This document shows, one piece after another, positions 8,078 through 16,198 of a stretch of DNA of 19,001 bases. Below the pieces are notes generated by a model. That model had not been told where the DNA came from. It did not search any database and saw only the letters and a list, made by a program, of their open reading frames with translations. Source of the DNA: Candidatus Methylomirabilota bacterium. Its GTDB lineage: Bacteria > Methylomirabilota > Methylomirabilia > Rokubacteriales > CSP1-6. Position 1 is the first letter of the stretch. Every line of letters begins with the position of its first letter. The translations under genes and the position numbers were made by a program. The stretch lies in assembly GCA_046726415.1 (NCBI GenBank), contig JBKPAK010000057.1:1-19001 (forward strand), in the 5' to 3' direction.

Positions 8078-9725
8078 CGTCGCGATCCCGACGCCCCAGG
8101 GCCGCCACCGCGACCTCGTGGTCACGGCCACCGCGGCCGTGGTGGTGCTGGTGCTGGCGGCGTTCGTGATCTGGCCGGTGGCCAAGGTGCTGCTCATCAG
8201 CGTGTCGGGCGCCACCGCCATGAGCCTGGAGCACTACGCGGAGTTCTTCAGCTCGTGGCGGCTGCTGCGCATCTTGCTCCAGAGCCTGCTCGTCTCTGCG
8301 GTATCCACGGTCATCGCGGTGGCGATCGCGCTCGTCCTCGCCTATGCGGTCACGCGCACGACCATCCCGGGCAAGCGATTCATCTCGCTGATGAGCCTGC
8401 TGCCGCTTGTGTCGCCGCCCTTCCTGGTCTCCCTGGCTTTCATCCTGCTCTTTGGGCGCAGCGGTCTCGTCACGCGGGCGCTCGGGTTGGAGGCCAGCAT
8501 CTACGGGTTTCACGGCATCGTGGCCGCCCAGGTCCTCACCTTTCTCCCGCAGGCCTATCTCCTCCTGGCCAACGTGCTCGGCAACATCGACACGACCCTG
8601 GAGGAAGCCGCGGAAAACCTGGGTGCCGGTTCCCTGACGACCCTCAGGCGGGTTACCCTCGCCCTGGCTCGGCCCGGGCTGGCCTCCGCCACCCTGATCG
8701 TCTTCATCCTGTGCATGACGGACTTCGGCAACCCCATCCTGATCGGTGGGCGCTACAACGTGCTGGCCACGGAGATCTATGCGCAGGTCATCGGCATGAG
8801 CAACTTCGCGGCCGGGGCCACCATGAGCGTGGTCCTCCTCGTGCCATGCCTGATTGCCTATCTGGTCAACACGTACTGGGTTGGCACCGCCTCATACGCC
8901 ACGGTGTCCGCCGGCGCGCGCACCGCGCTGCGCCCGACACCCCCCGGCGTTCGCTGGCCACTCACCGTGGTGGCCGGTGGAGTGGCCGCCTTCGTGGCCC
9001 TCATCTACGGGCTGATTCCCCTCGGCTCCTTCGTGCGCCTATGGGGAAGCGACTGGACGCTGTCCCTGCGCCACTACACCTTCCAGTCCGCCGCGGAAGG
9101 CGCTTGGCCCATCTGGAACAGCGTGAAGCTCGCCCTCGTCGCCGGCGCTCTCGGCACCGCGCTGGCACTCGTGACCGCCTACGTCGTGGAGCGCCACCGC
9201 CCGCCCGGGGCGCGCCTCATCGAGTCCCTCGCCCTTCTGCCGGCCGCGCTGCCGGGCACGCTGGTCGGCGTCGGATACATCCTCGCCTTCAACGTGCCTC
9301 CCGTGCTCTTGACGGGCACCATCTGGATCTTGGTGACCAGCGTCATCTTCTGGAAGCTTCCGGTGGCGGTGCTGGCTGCCATCAACGCCCTCAAGCAGAT
9401 CGATCCGGCGGTGGAGGAGGCGGCAGTCAGCCTTGGCGCAGGAGCGCTGAGGACATTTGCACGCGTGGTGCTGCCGCTGCTCACCGGCACGGCCTTTTCG
9501 ATCTTCATTTATTTCTTCATCAACGGCATGGTGACCGTCAGCGCTGTCATCTTCCTGACATATCCCGGGTTTAACCTCGCCTCGGTGGCCATCCTGAACC
9601 AGGTGGAGAACGGATTTCCGGGGGTGGCCTGCGCGCTCGGGACGATCATTCTGGCCATCGTGATCGGAACGATCCTGCTTCTGCGCGGATTGGTGGGAGG
9701 CGAGCGCGTCGCCATTCTGAAGTAG
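8055..9725 (+). CDS. ABC transporter permease with two BPD_transp_1 domains (AfuB/FbpB/PhnU-like)
   Basis: Two EAA loops (LEEAAENLGAG, VEEAAVSLGAG), TDFGNP, about 12 TM segments. Exact start uncertain. Confidence 0.93.
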   Translation: MVASLRASVAIPTPQGRHRDLVVTATAAVVVLVLAAFVIWPVAKVLLISVSGATAMSLEHYAEFFSSWRLLRILLQSLLVSAVSTVIAVAIALVLAYAVTRTTIPGKRFISLMSLLPLVSPPFLVSLAFILLFGRSGLVTRALGLEASIYGFHGIVAAQVLTFLPQAYLLLANVLGNIDTTLEEAAENLGAGSLTTLRRVTLALARPGLASATLIVFILCMTDFGNPILIGGRYNVLATEIYAQVIGMSNFAAGATMSVVLLVPCLIAYLVNTYWVGTASYATVSAGARTALRPTPPGVRWPLTVVAGGVAAFVALIYGLIPLGSFVRLWGSDWTLSLRHYTFQSAAEGAWPIWNSVKLALVAGALGTALALVTAYVVERHRPPGARLIESLALLPAALPGTLVGVGYILAFNVPPVLLTGTIWILVTSVIFWKLPVAVLAAINALKQIDPAVEEAAVSLGAGALRTFARVVLPLLTGTAFSIFIYFFINGMVTVSAVIFLTYPGFNLASVAILNQVENGFPGVACALGTIILAIVIGTILLLRGLVGGERVAILK

Positions 9726-9777
9726 TGATTCGGCGATCCTGACCTCGATGAGGTCGTCAATTGAAGGGAGGCCCGTC

Positions 9778-10773
9778 ATGCGTCGAATGCTCGTCCTGGC
9801 GCTCGCCCTGATCCTGCTGCCGGCTTGGCCGGTGCTCGCGGCCGAGGAGAAGCTCGTCATTTACACCGCGTTCGAGGAGAACGAGCTGAAGGACTTCTGG
9901 GAGCAGTTCAAGAAGGACCTGCCCGATCTCGCCGCCAAGGCCTCCTACGTCCGGGGCTCCACCGGGCCCACCATGGCCAAGATCGAGGCGGAGCGCGCCA
10001 ACCCGCAGGCCGACGTGATCTGGGGGGTCTTCAACGACTACCTCACGGGCGCGGCCAAGAAGGGACTGCTTGAGCCCTATGCCGCCAAGGACTCCAATCT
10101 GATTCCCGCCCGCTTCAAGCATCCCGAGAACATGTGGCAGGGAGTCACGCTGCTCACGGTGGCCTTCGCGGCGAACCAGAAGAAGATGACCGAGCTGAAG
10201 CTGTCGCCGCCGCGCTCGTGGGGGGACCTGACCGACCCCAAGTACAAGGGCCACATCGTGATGTCGAATCCATCCACGTCGGGCACGGCATACCTCCTCC
10301 TGGCCAGCCAGGTGGCCCGGCTCGGCGAAGACAAGGCCTTCGAGTACTATGCGGCCCTCGACAAGAACCTCTCGCAAGTCACGAAGTCCGGGGGCGCCCC
10401 GGGGCGCATGGCGGCGTCGGGCGAGACGCCCATCGGGATCGCGCTCGCCTATGAGGTGGAGGTGGCCAAGAAGCAGGGGGCGCCGCTCGACATCATCTTC
10501 CCGTCGGACGGGGTGGCGTGGACGTTCGAGGGCGACGCCCTGGTGAAGGGCGCCAAGAACCCAGAGAACGCCCGGCGCTTCCTCGACTGGGCGATGTCGA
10601 AGTCGGCCATGGAGGTCTACGCCAAGTGGCGAGGGGCGGGCATCACGCGCGCTGACGTTGCCCTGTCCGGCCAGAAAATCACCGAGCTGAATCTCATCAA
10701 CCTCGACTTCGTGAAGGCCGCCGAAGAGAAGGATCGGCTCGTGAAGAAGTGGCTGGAGAAGTTCTCGCGGTAG
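9778..10773 (+). CDS. ABC transporter substrate-binding protein (AfuA/PhnS2-like)
   Basis: GGGAGG SD; signal peptide MRRMLVLALALILLPAWPVLA; LVIYTAFEE, RGSTG...AERANPQADVIWG, SNPSTSGTAY, TKSGGAP motifs. Confidence 0.92.
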   Translation: MRRMLVLALALILLPAWPVLAAEEKLVIYTAFEENELKDFWEQFKKDLPDLAAKASYVRGSTGPTMAKIEAERANPQADVIWGVFNDYLTGAAKKGLLEPYAAKDSNLIPARFKHPENMWQGVTLLTVAFAANQKKMTELKLSPPRSWGDLTDPKYKGHIVMSNPSTSGTAYLLLASQVARLGEDKAFEYYAALDKNLSQVTKSGGAPGRMAASGETPIGIALAYEVEVAKKQGAPLDIIFPSDGVAWTFEGDALVKGAKNPENARRFLDWAMSKSAMEVYAKWRGAGITRADVALSGQKITELNLINLDFVKAAEEKDRLVKKWLEKFSR

Positions 10774-10786
10774 TGGAGTCACTGGG

Positions 10787-11848
10787 ATGCGGGTCAGCCT
10801 GCGCCGGGTGAGCAAGCGCTTCGGTGCGGCCACCGCCGTGGACGAGCTGTCCCTCGACGTCGGGCCGGGCGAGCTGGTGTCGCTGGTGGGAGGATCGGGC
10901 TGCGGGAAGACCACGACGCTCAGGATGATCGCGGGGTTCGAGGTCCCCGATACCGGCCAGATCCTCTTCGAGGACCGCGTGGTCAATGACGTGCCTCCAC
11001 GCCGCCGCGGGGTGGGCATCGTGTTCCAGTCGTATGCGCTGTTCCCCACCATGACGGTAGGGGAGAACATCGCCTTCGGCCTCCGCGTGGCACGGTGGCC
11101 GGAGGCCACCATCCGCGAGCGAGTGGCCGAGATGGTGACGCTCACCGGACTGGGAGGCCTGGAACGCCGGTACGCGAACCAGCTGTCGGGCGGCCAGCAG
11201 CAGCGCGTGGCGCTGGCCCGCGCCCTGGCCCGCCGGCCGCAGATCCTGCTGCTCGACGAGCCGCTCTCGGCCCTCGATGCCAAGATCCGCCTGCGCCTGC
11301 GGGCCGAGGTCCGCAAGATCCAGCAGGACCTGGGGATCACCGCCCTCTACGTAACCCACGACCAGGAGGAAGCGCTTTCCATCGCCGACCGCATCGCCGT
11401 CATGCGCGAGGGGCGCATCGAGCAGGTGGGAACGCCCGAGGAGATCTACGCGGCTCCGCGCTCGGACTTCGTGGCCGACTTCATCGGTATCTCGAATCTT
11501 CTCGCATGCCAGGTGGTGTCGGCAGTGGAAGGCGTGGTGGAGTGGGAGGGTGAGCGCTTCCGAGCGCCGCTCGGCGCGCTGGCCGATGGCGCTCGGGTGG
11601 TGATCTCGCTCCGGCCCGAGAAGCTGTCCGTGGTGTCCGATGGCGAGCCTGCCGCGGGACGCAACCGGCTCGCCGGCGTGCTCGAGGTCGTGACCTTTCT
11701 CGGCCCGGTCGCGCGACTCGAGGTCGCCGTGCATGGCCGTCCCTTCTGGGTCGATGTGGCGCCCGGCCGGGCGCGCGCCTACCCCCGCAAGAAGCCGCTG
11801 GCCGTTGTGTTCGATGCCGACGATTGCGTCGTCATTGTCCCGCGATGA
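10787..11848 (+). CDS. ABC transporter ATP-binding protein (PotA/AfuC-like, C-terminal TOBE region)
   Basis: GGSGCGKTT, VFQSYALFP, LSGGQQQRVALARAL, LLLDEPLSALD, VTHDQEEA. Confidence 0.96.
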   Translation: MRVSLRRVSKRFGAATAVDELSLDVGPGELVSLVGGSGCGKTTTLRMIAGFEVPDTGQILFEDRVVNDVPPRRRGVGIVFQSYALFPTMTVGENIAFGLRVARWPEATIRERVAEMVTLTGLGGLERRYANQLSGGQQQRVALARALARRPQILLLDEPLSALDAKIRLRLRAEVRKIQQDLGITALYVTHDQEEALSIADRIAVMREGRIEQVGTPEEIYAAPRSDFVADFIGISNLLACQVVSAVEGVVEWEGERFRAPLGALADGARVVISLRPEKLSVVSDGEPAAGRNRLAGVLEVVTFLGPVARLEVAVHGRPFWVDVAPGRARAYPRKKPLAVVFDADDCVVIVPR

Positions 11849-11964
11849 GGGAGCCGAGGTGCATCGAGACCCTGGCCGTCCACGCCGGTCGGACCATCCA
11901 TCCAGCTCCGCGGCCGGCGAGAACGCCTCAGCGCAGCCTCGTATCTCGCGCCGCCCCACGTTGA
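11845..11964 (+). pseudogene. Possible N-terminal remnant of a Cys/Met-metabolism PLP enzyme (MetB/MetC/CGL family)
   Basis: ATGA-coupled 39-aa ORF MREPRCIETLAVHAGRTIHPA...; IETLAVHAG resembles the family N-terminal signature, and similarity is lost after about 20 codons. Confidence 0.45.
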
Positions 11965-11990
11965 CACGCGGCGACGGGCCCCGGTATCGT
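11961..11990 (+). promoter_or_regulatory. Sigma70-type promoter for the 12000-14220 unit
   Basis: TTGACA (11961-11966) N18 TATCGT (11985-11990), 9 nt before ATG 12000, no SD. Confidence 0.6.
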
Positions 11991-11999
11991 ACGCTCACC

Positions 12000-12233
12000 A
12001 TGTCCCGCGAGCGGCCCATCGACGCGCTGGTGAAAAAGCTGCTCCACACCATCGAGGTGTCACTGGCGGCCACCGACGCCGCGCGGGATGCCGTGCAAGA
12101 GATCCTGCGGCGCGGGGCCGAAACGGGAATCTTCTTTGCCGGGGCGCGCAGTCGCGAGAATCCTTCCTCCTTCGAGTTGACCGCGCAGGACCGCGAGTTC
12201 CTCCGGGCCGTCTCCATCAAGCCTGACCGCTGA
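12000..12233 (+). CDS. Small hypothetical protein (77 aa)
   Basis: MSRERPIDALVKKLLH...FELTAQDREFLRAVSIKPDR; GC3-rich codons, promoter immediately upstream, 6 nt gap to the next gene. Confidence 0.7.
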   Translation: MSRERPIDALVKKLLHTIEVSLAATDAARDAVQEILRRGAETGIFFAGARSRENPSSFELTAQDREFLRAVSIKPDR

Positions 12234-12239
12234 GCGGCC

Positions 12240-12476
12240 ATGCGGCTGGCCCTCATCCTGGTCTGGGTCCTCGTCGCCCTCGGCCTCATCTACCTCTGGA
12301 TACGTCGAAGCCTTCCCCATCCGCGCCTGCCCGCCGTGCGCTACGACGAGCTGGTCAAAGATCCCGTGTGCAACACGTACGTCTCCCGCTCGCGGGCGGT
12401 GACGCGCACGGACGCCATGGGGCTTCACTACTTCTGCAGCGCCGAGTGCGCGCGTCGCTACGCCCGCTTGAGCTGA
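12240..12476 (+). CDS. Membrane-anchored YHS/TRASH metal-binding domain protein
   Basis: N-terminal TM helix, then LVKDPVCNTYV...HYFCSAEC. Confidence 0.88.
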   Translation: MRLALILVWVLVALGLIYLWIRRSLPHPRLPAVRYDELVKDPVCNTYVSRSRAVTRTDAMGLHYFCSAECARRYARLS

Positions 12477-12514
12477 CGGCGGGTGACCGCCCTCCGCGCC
12501 GCCCCGTCTGATCG

Positions 12515-13333
12515 GTGAGCGTGCATCCGGATCCATTCCGCGACATCGATGCGCAGCCCGATCCCCTCCGCATCGTCGAGGCCCTGGAGAGACGCGGGAG
12601 CACGCCGGCTCAGCGGCGCCTGCGCCGGCGCTTCCTGCGCTTCGTCCCCGTGACGCGAGGCGATGCTGTCCTGGAGGTTGGCTGTGGGACGGGGGTGATC
12701 GTCCGCGATCTGGCGGGCATGGTTGGCCCCCGGGGCCGGGTGGTCGGCGTCGATCGGAGCCGCGCCACCGTCAAGGCCGCTCGCCTGCTCGCGCGCGCGC
12801 ATCCGTTGCGGTCTCACATGGGGCTGCGGGTTGCCAACGGTGAGCGGCTACCCTTTCGCGCCGACCGCTTCGACGTCGCCCTCGCCATCACGGTGATGCT
12901 GCACGTCGCGGACCCGGGCGCGGTGGTCACGGAGATGGCGCGCGTGATCCGGCGGGGCGGTCGGGTGGCCCTGCAAGACCAAGATTTCGGGGCGGTGGTA
13001 CTCGCGCATCCGCATCGAGCGCTGACGGTCAGGATCCTCGACGACGTCGTGGCACGCCTGTATCCGGAACCGTATAGCGGGCGCCGTCTCCCCCGTCTGC
13101 TCGCCGAGGCGGGGCTCGAGGACGTGCGCGTGCTCACCGACGTCTACCAGGATACGGCGTTAGAGCCCTACACCAAGGACTTCCTCGAGCGTCGGGCTGA
13201 GAACGCCGTGCGCTTTAGGATCGTCGACGCGCGGACCGCGCAACGGTGGCTCGATGATCTCACCGAACTGGTGGTTCAGGGCGCCTTTCTCTTCACCGTG
13301 AACTACTACGGCGCCGTGGGGGTGAAGCCCTGA
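12515..13333 (+). CDS. Class I SAM-dependent methyltransferase (UbiE/Methyltransf_11-like)
   Basis: VLEVGCGTG, VVGVD, LPFRADRFD, EMARVIRRGG. Confidence 0.9.
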   Translation: MSVHPDPFRDIDAQPDPLRIVEALERRGSTPAQRRLRRRFLRFVPVTRGDAVLEVGCGTGVIVRDLAGMVGPRGRVVGVDRSRATVKAARLLARAHPLRSHMGLRVANGERLPFRADRFDVALAITVMLHVADPGAVVTEMARVIRRGGRVALQDQDFGAVVLAHPHRALTVRILDDVVARLYPEPYSGRRLPRLLAEAGLEDVRVLTDVYQDTALEPYTKDFLERRAENAVRFRIVDARTAQRWLDDLTELVVQGAFLFTVNYYGAVGVKP

Positions 13334-14220
13334 AACGGCGGGCGCTCGCCGTCGGCCTCGCCTTGGCCGCGACGGTCGCCGCGGCGGGGGCCTCGGCGTT
13401 CAGTGGAGAGGCGGCCTTTCGGGACGTGGATCGCCTGGTGGACATGGGGCCGCGCGTGGCGGGCTCGCCGGGGGGCGCCAAGGCGCGCGACTACATCGTG
13501 AGCGAGCTGAGGAAGGCCGGGGTCGCGGCAAGAGTCGAGCCGTTCGAGGCCGATACTCCGCACGGGCGCCTGCGCATGGCCAACGTGGTGGGAGTGATCG
13601 CCGGACGCCGAGCCGACGTCATCCTCATTGGAGGGCACTACGACACCAAGTTCTTCGCCGACCGCCGGTTCGTGGGCGCCAATGATGGAGGCTCGAGTGC
13701 CGGGCTGCTGCTCGAGCTGGCCCGGCAGCTCGCGCGCAGCCCCCGCGACTTCACGTACTGGGTCGTCTTCTTCGACGGGGAAGAGGCGCGGGAGTCCTGG
13801 ACGGCGACCGACAGCCTGTACGGCTCGCGCCGCCTGGTCGCGGAGCTGTCTCGCACTGGCCGCCTCCCGCGCGCCGTCATCGTGGTGGACATGATCGGCG
13901 ATCGCGACCTCAACATTCGGCGCGAGGCGTTCTCCACGCAGGCCCTGGCCGACCTCATCTGGGCCGCGGCCCGCCGCCTCGGTCACGAGCGCCACTTCCT
14001 GTCCGCCTCGATGCCGGTGGAGGACGACCACGCGCCGTTCCTTCGGGCCGGGGTGCCGTCGGCCCTGCTCATCGATTTCGACTTCCCCCCCTGGCACACG
14101 GCGGGCGATACCCTCGACAAGGTCTCCCCCCGGAGCCTACAGATCGTGGGCGACGTGCTCCTGGACGCGCTGCCCTCGATCGAGCGCTGGCTGCTCAGCT
14201 CACCGCTGCGCCAGCGGTGA
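13330..14220 (+). CDS. Exported peptidase M28 family protein, animal-type glutaminyl cyclase-like
   Basis: GGHYDTK, GANDGGS, FFDGEE, SLYGSR, VDMIGD, EDDHAPF, WHTAGD. Start proposed at CTG 13330 (ORF track gives TTG 13363), restoring a full signal peptide. Confidence 0.85.
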   Translation: MKRRALAVGLALAATVAAAGASAFSGEAAFRDVDRLVDMGPRVAGSPGGAKARDYIVSELRKAGVAARVEPFEADTPHGRLRMANVVGVIAGRRADVILIGGHYDTKFFADRRFVGANDGGSSAGLLLELARQLARSPRDFTYWVVFFDGEEARESWTATDSLYGSRRLVAELSRTGRLPRAVIVVDMIGDRDLNIRREAFSTQALADLIWAAARRLGHERHFLSASMPVEDDHAPFLRAGVPSALLIDFDFPPWHTAGDTLDKVSPRSLQIVGDVLLDALPSIERWLLSSPLRQR

Positions 14221-14252
14221 ACGTCCATTCGCGCGCGATGAGCTGTGACCGC

Positions 14253-14275
14253 GCCGGGCGCCATGGCGGCCCGGC
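14253..14275. terminator. GC-rich hairpin between the M28 gene and the AhpD-like gene, possible terminator without U-tract
   Basis: GCCGGGCGCC AT GGCGGCCCGGC inverted repeat. Confidence 0.3.
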
Positions 14276-14301
14276 CTCGCGGCGCTTGGCGATGACGGGG
14301 C

Positions 14302-14307
14302 TATAAT
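14302..14307 (+). promoter_or_regulatory. Consensus -10 element TATAAT of a leaderless transcript
   Basis: TATAAT-CCGGCC-ATG(14314), no SD. Confidence 0.7.
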
Positions 14308-14313
14308 CCGGCC

Positions 14314-14856
14314 ATGCCGCGCGTCGGCGAGATCGAGGAGCCGGGCGATGACCCGGTTCTGCGCGAAATCTTCGAGCGGGACCGACAGCTCTTCGGCTTC
14401 GTCCTCAACACCACAAGGGTCCAGGCGCACTGTCCGCCCATCCTCCACGCGGCCAAGCAGCTCTCCGTGGCCATCGAGACGTCCGGACGGCTTCCCGCCG
14501 AGCTTCGGGCCCTCGTGAATCTCCGCGTGGCCCAGCTCAACGGGTGTCCGTTCTGAATTGACATCAATGCATCCCGGGGGATGCACGCTGGAGCCTCGGC
14601 GGAAAAGGTGCGCACGGTGGCCGACTTCGCGACCAGCCCGCTGTTCTCGGAACGCGAGCGCGCGGCCCTCACCTTCGCGGAGGCCATGACCATCACCGGT
14701 CAGAAGGTGACGGACGAGCTTTTTGCCCGCGTGCGCGCTCACTACTCCGAGCCTGAAACGGTGGAGCTGGCCGCGGCGGTCGCCATCGAAAACTTCCGCA
14801 GCAAGTTCAACGTGGCGCTCGGCGTGGAAGCGCAGGGATTCTGCGTGCTCAGGTAG
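14314..14856 (+). CDS. AhpD/carboxymuconolactone decarboxylase-family selenoprotein (180 aa, C78-P-F-U81)
   Basis: ORFs 14314-14556 and 14581-14856 share one frame, separated only by TGA 14554-14556. Read-through gives LRVAQLNGCPFUIDINASRG...SPLFSERERAALTFAEAMT...VTDELFARVRAHYSEPETVEL...ENFRSKFN, with the UGA at the second Cys of the family CxxC motif. Confidence 0.9.
14568..14585 (+). promoter_or_regulatory. Bacterial SECIS-like stem-loop
   Basis: TGCATCC-CGGG-GGATGCA, a perfect 7-bp stem starting 11 nt after the UGA; loop begins 18 nt downstream with G at loop position 2. Confidence 0.8.
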
Positions 14857-16084
14857 TTACGACCCGTTGGGCACCCCGGCTGGAGGGGCACCGGCCGGCG
14901 TCGGTGGCAGCAGGGTGGCAGCCGATGCCTCGAACGCCGCGGCCTGAGGCAGCCACCGCGCATAGACCCGCAGCAGCACCGAGGCGCTGCGCCACCCTCC
15001 CTGATGCTGGACGTAGAGCAGGGGGAGCGTACCTGGAAAGCATGGTCGAGGCGAACGTGTGCCTGAGCTGCTCGGGCACCCGATAGCGCACCCGAGCCTT
15101 GGCGAGCGCGCGACGCCACCGACGGTGCACCTCCATCGACGACAGCGGTGTGCTACCCGGGCTGCCGGCTGGAGCAAAGACGAACGCCTCGGGATCCCGT
15201 GACCGCGTTCCGAGGGTCTGAAGCCCGGCTAGCACGCTCCGTGCGGCGTCGGTCCCGCCTGGTCGCCAGTCCGCGGTGTCGTCGGCGACTGGGTGCAGGA
15301 GCGACACGGAGCGTGCATGCCCCGTCTTGGTTGGCCCGAGGCGCTGCCGACTCCACGTTCTCTGCACCAGCGCCGTTCTTCGCTCGAGGTCGAGATCCTG
15401 CCACTGGAGCGCGCACACCTCACCCGCACGCATTCCAGTCTGGGCCCACAGCCGGAACATCGCAGCGGCGTCGGGTCCCACCGCCGCCCTGGCTCCTTCC
15501 AAGAGTGCCCGTAGCTCCCACCCCGTGAAGGGGTCGACCTGGTCGATGCGGGGGGCGAGACGGAACTCGACCTCCTTCATCGGATTGGCCGGGATCAGCT
15601 TCACCTTGACCGCACGCTGCAGGATCAGCCGGAGAGCCAGCAGCCCCGTCCGTAGCGAGGCATCCGATAGCGCCTTGCCGGGCCGGCGCACCGACCCGCC
15701 GGGCGCCGGCTTCGCCTCGATGAAGTCCTCGATCGCTTCCGGCGTGATCGCGGTGATCGTTTTGGCGCCGAAGAACGGAAGGAGATGCATCTCGGTGAAC
15801 GAGCGGTAGTTGTCCATGGTGCCCGGGCGCACCGCGTGGAGCGATGGATACTTTCGGCACCACTCCTTCGCGATGGTGGTGAACGTCGGCACGGGACCGG
15901 TGCCTTTCGGCGGATCGAAGATCGACGTATCGCCTTCCGCCAGCCTGGCCGCGATCCTGATCGCCGCCAGCTCCGCCGCCTTCTTGCCGGCCTTGCCGGT
16001 GCCCACTCGTCTCCGTTTTCTTCGCCCCTTGTGAACCACGTCGAGCCAGTACGCTCCCTTCCAGATGACGACCTTCACGGCCAT
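14857..16084 (-). pseudogene. Tyrosine recombinase (phage-type integrase) with a +1 frameshift at a C5 run
   Basis: AGGAGG SD and ATG 16084; arm-binding-like N-terminus, TGMRAGE, PTKTG, EQLRHTFAS. The motif LLYVQHQGGW...LLRVYARW with the catalytic Tyr is in another frame, joined by removing one base at 15021-15025. Confidence 0.88.
14903..14922. repeat. GGTGGCAGC direct repeat x2 (11-bp period), candidate integrase arm-type sites
   Basis: Copies at 14903-14911 and 14914-14922; GGGCACC also occurs twice just upstream (about 14869 and 14886). Confidence 0.4.
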
Positions 16085-16198
16085 GCCGCCTCCTGTCCGC
16101 CGGAGCGTCGCGTCGAGCCCGGAGGCAGTGTGCCCCGCCACGCTGCGACGATGCGCTCCGTGCGCTGGGTACGGAAGTATCCACGACGAGGAGGCGTG

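Noticed and set aside
9741-9755. GACCTC-GAT-GAGGTC hairpin before the SBP gene as a terminator
   Set aside because: Short, no U-tract, mid-operon; at most an mRNA stability or processing element.
5099-12289. Long antisense or alternate-frame ORFs (e.g. 5825-6937, 6240-7247, 8255-9574, 9757-11340, 10697-12289)
   Set aside because: Overlap well-supported genes, Arg/Pro/Gly-rich, no motifs; expected in high-GC DNA.
14314-14856. Two separate small genes or a simple pseudogene
   Set aside because: Same frame, TGA exactly at a conserved Cys position, correctly placed hairpin and no other lesions favour Sec recoding.
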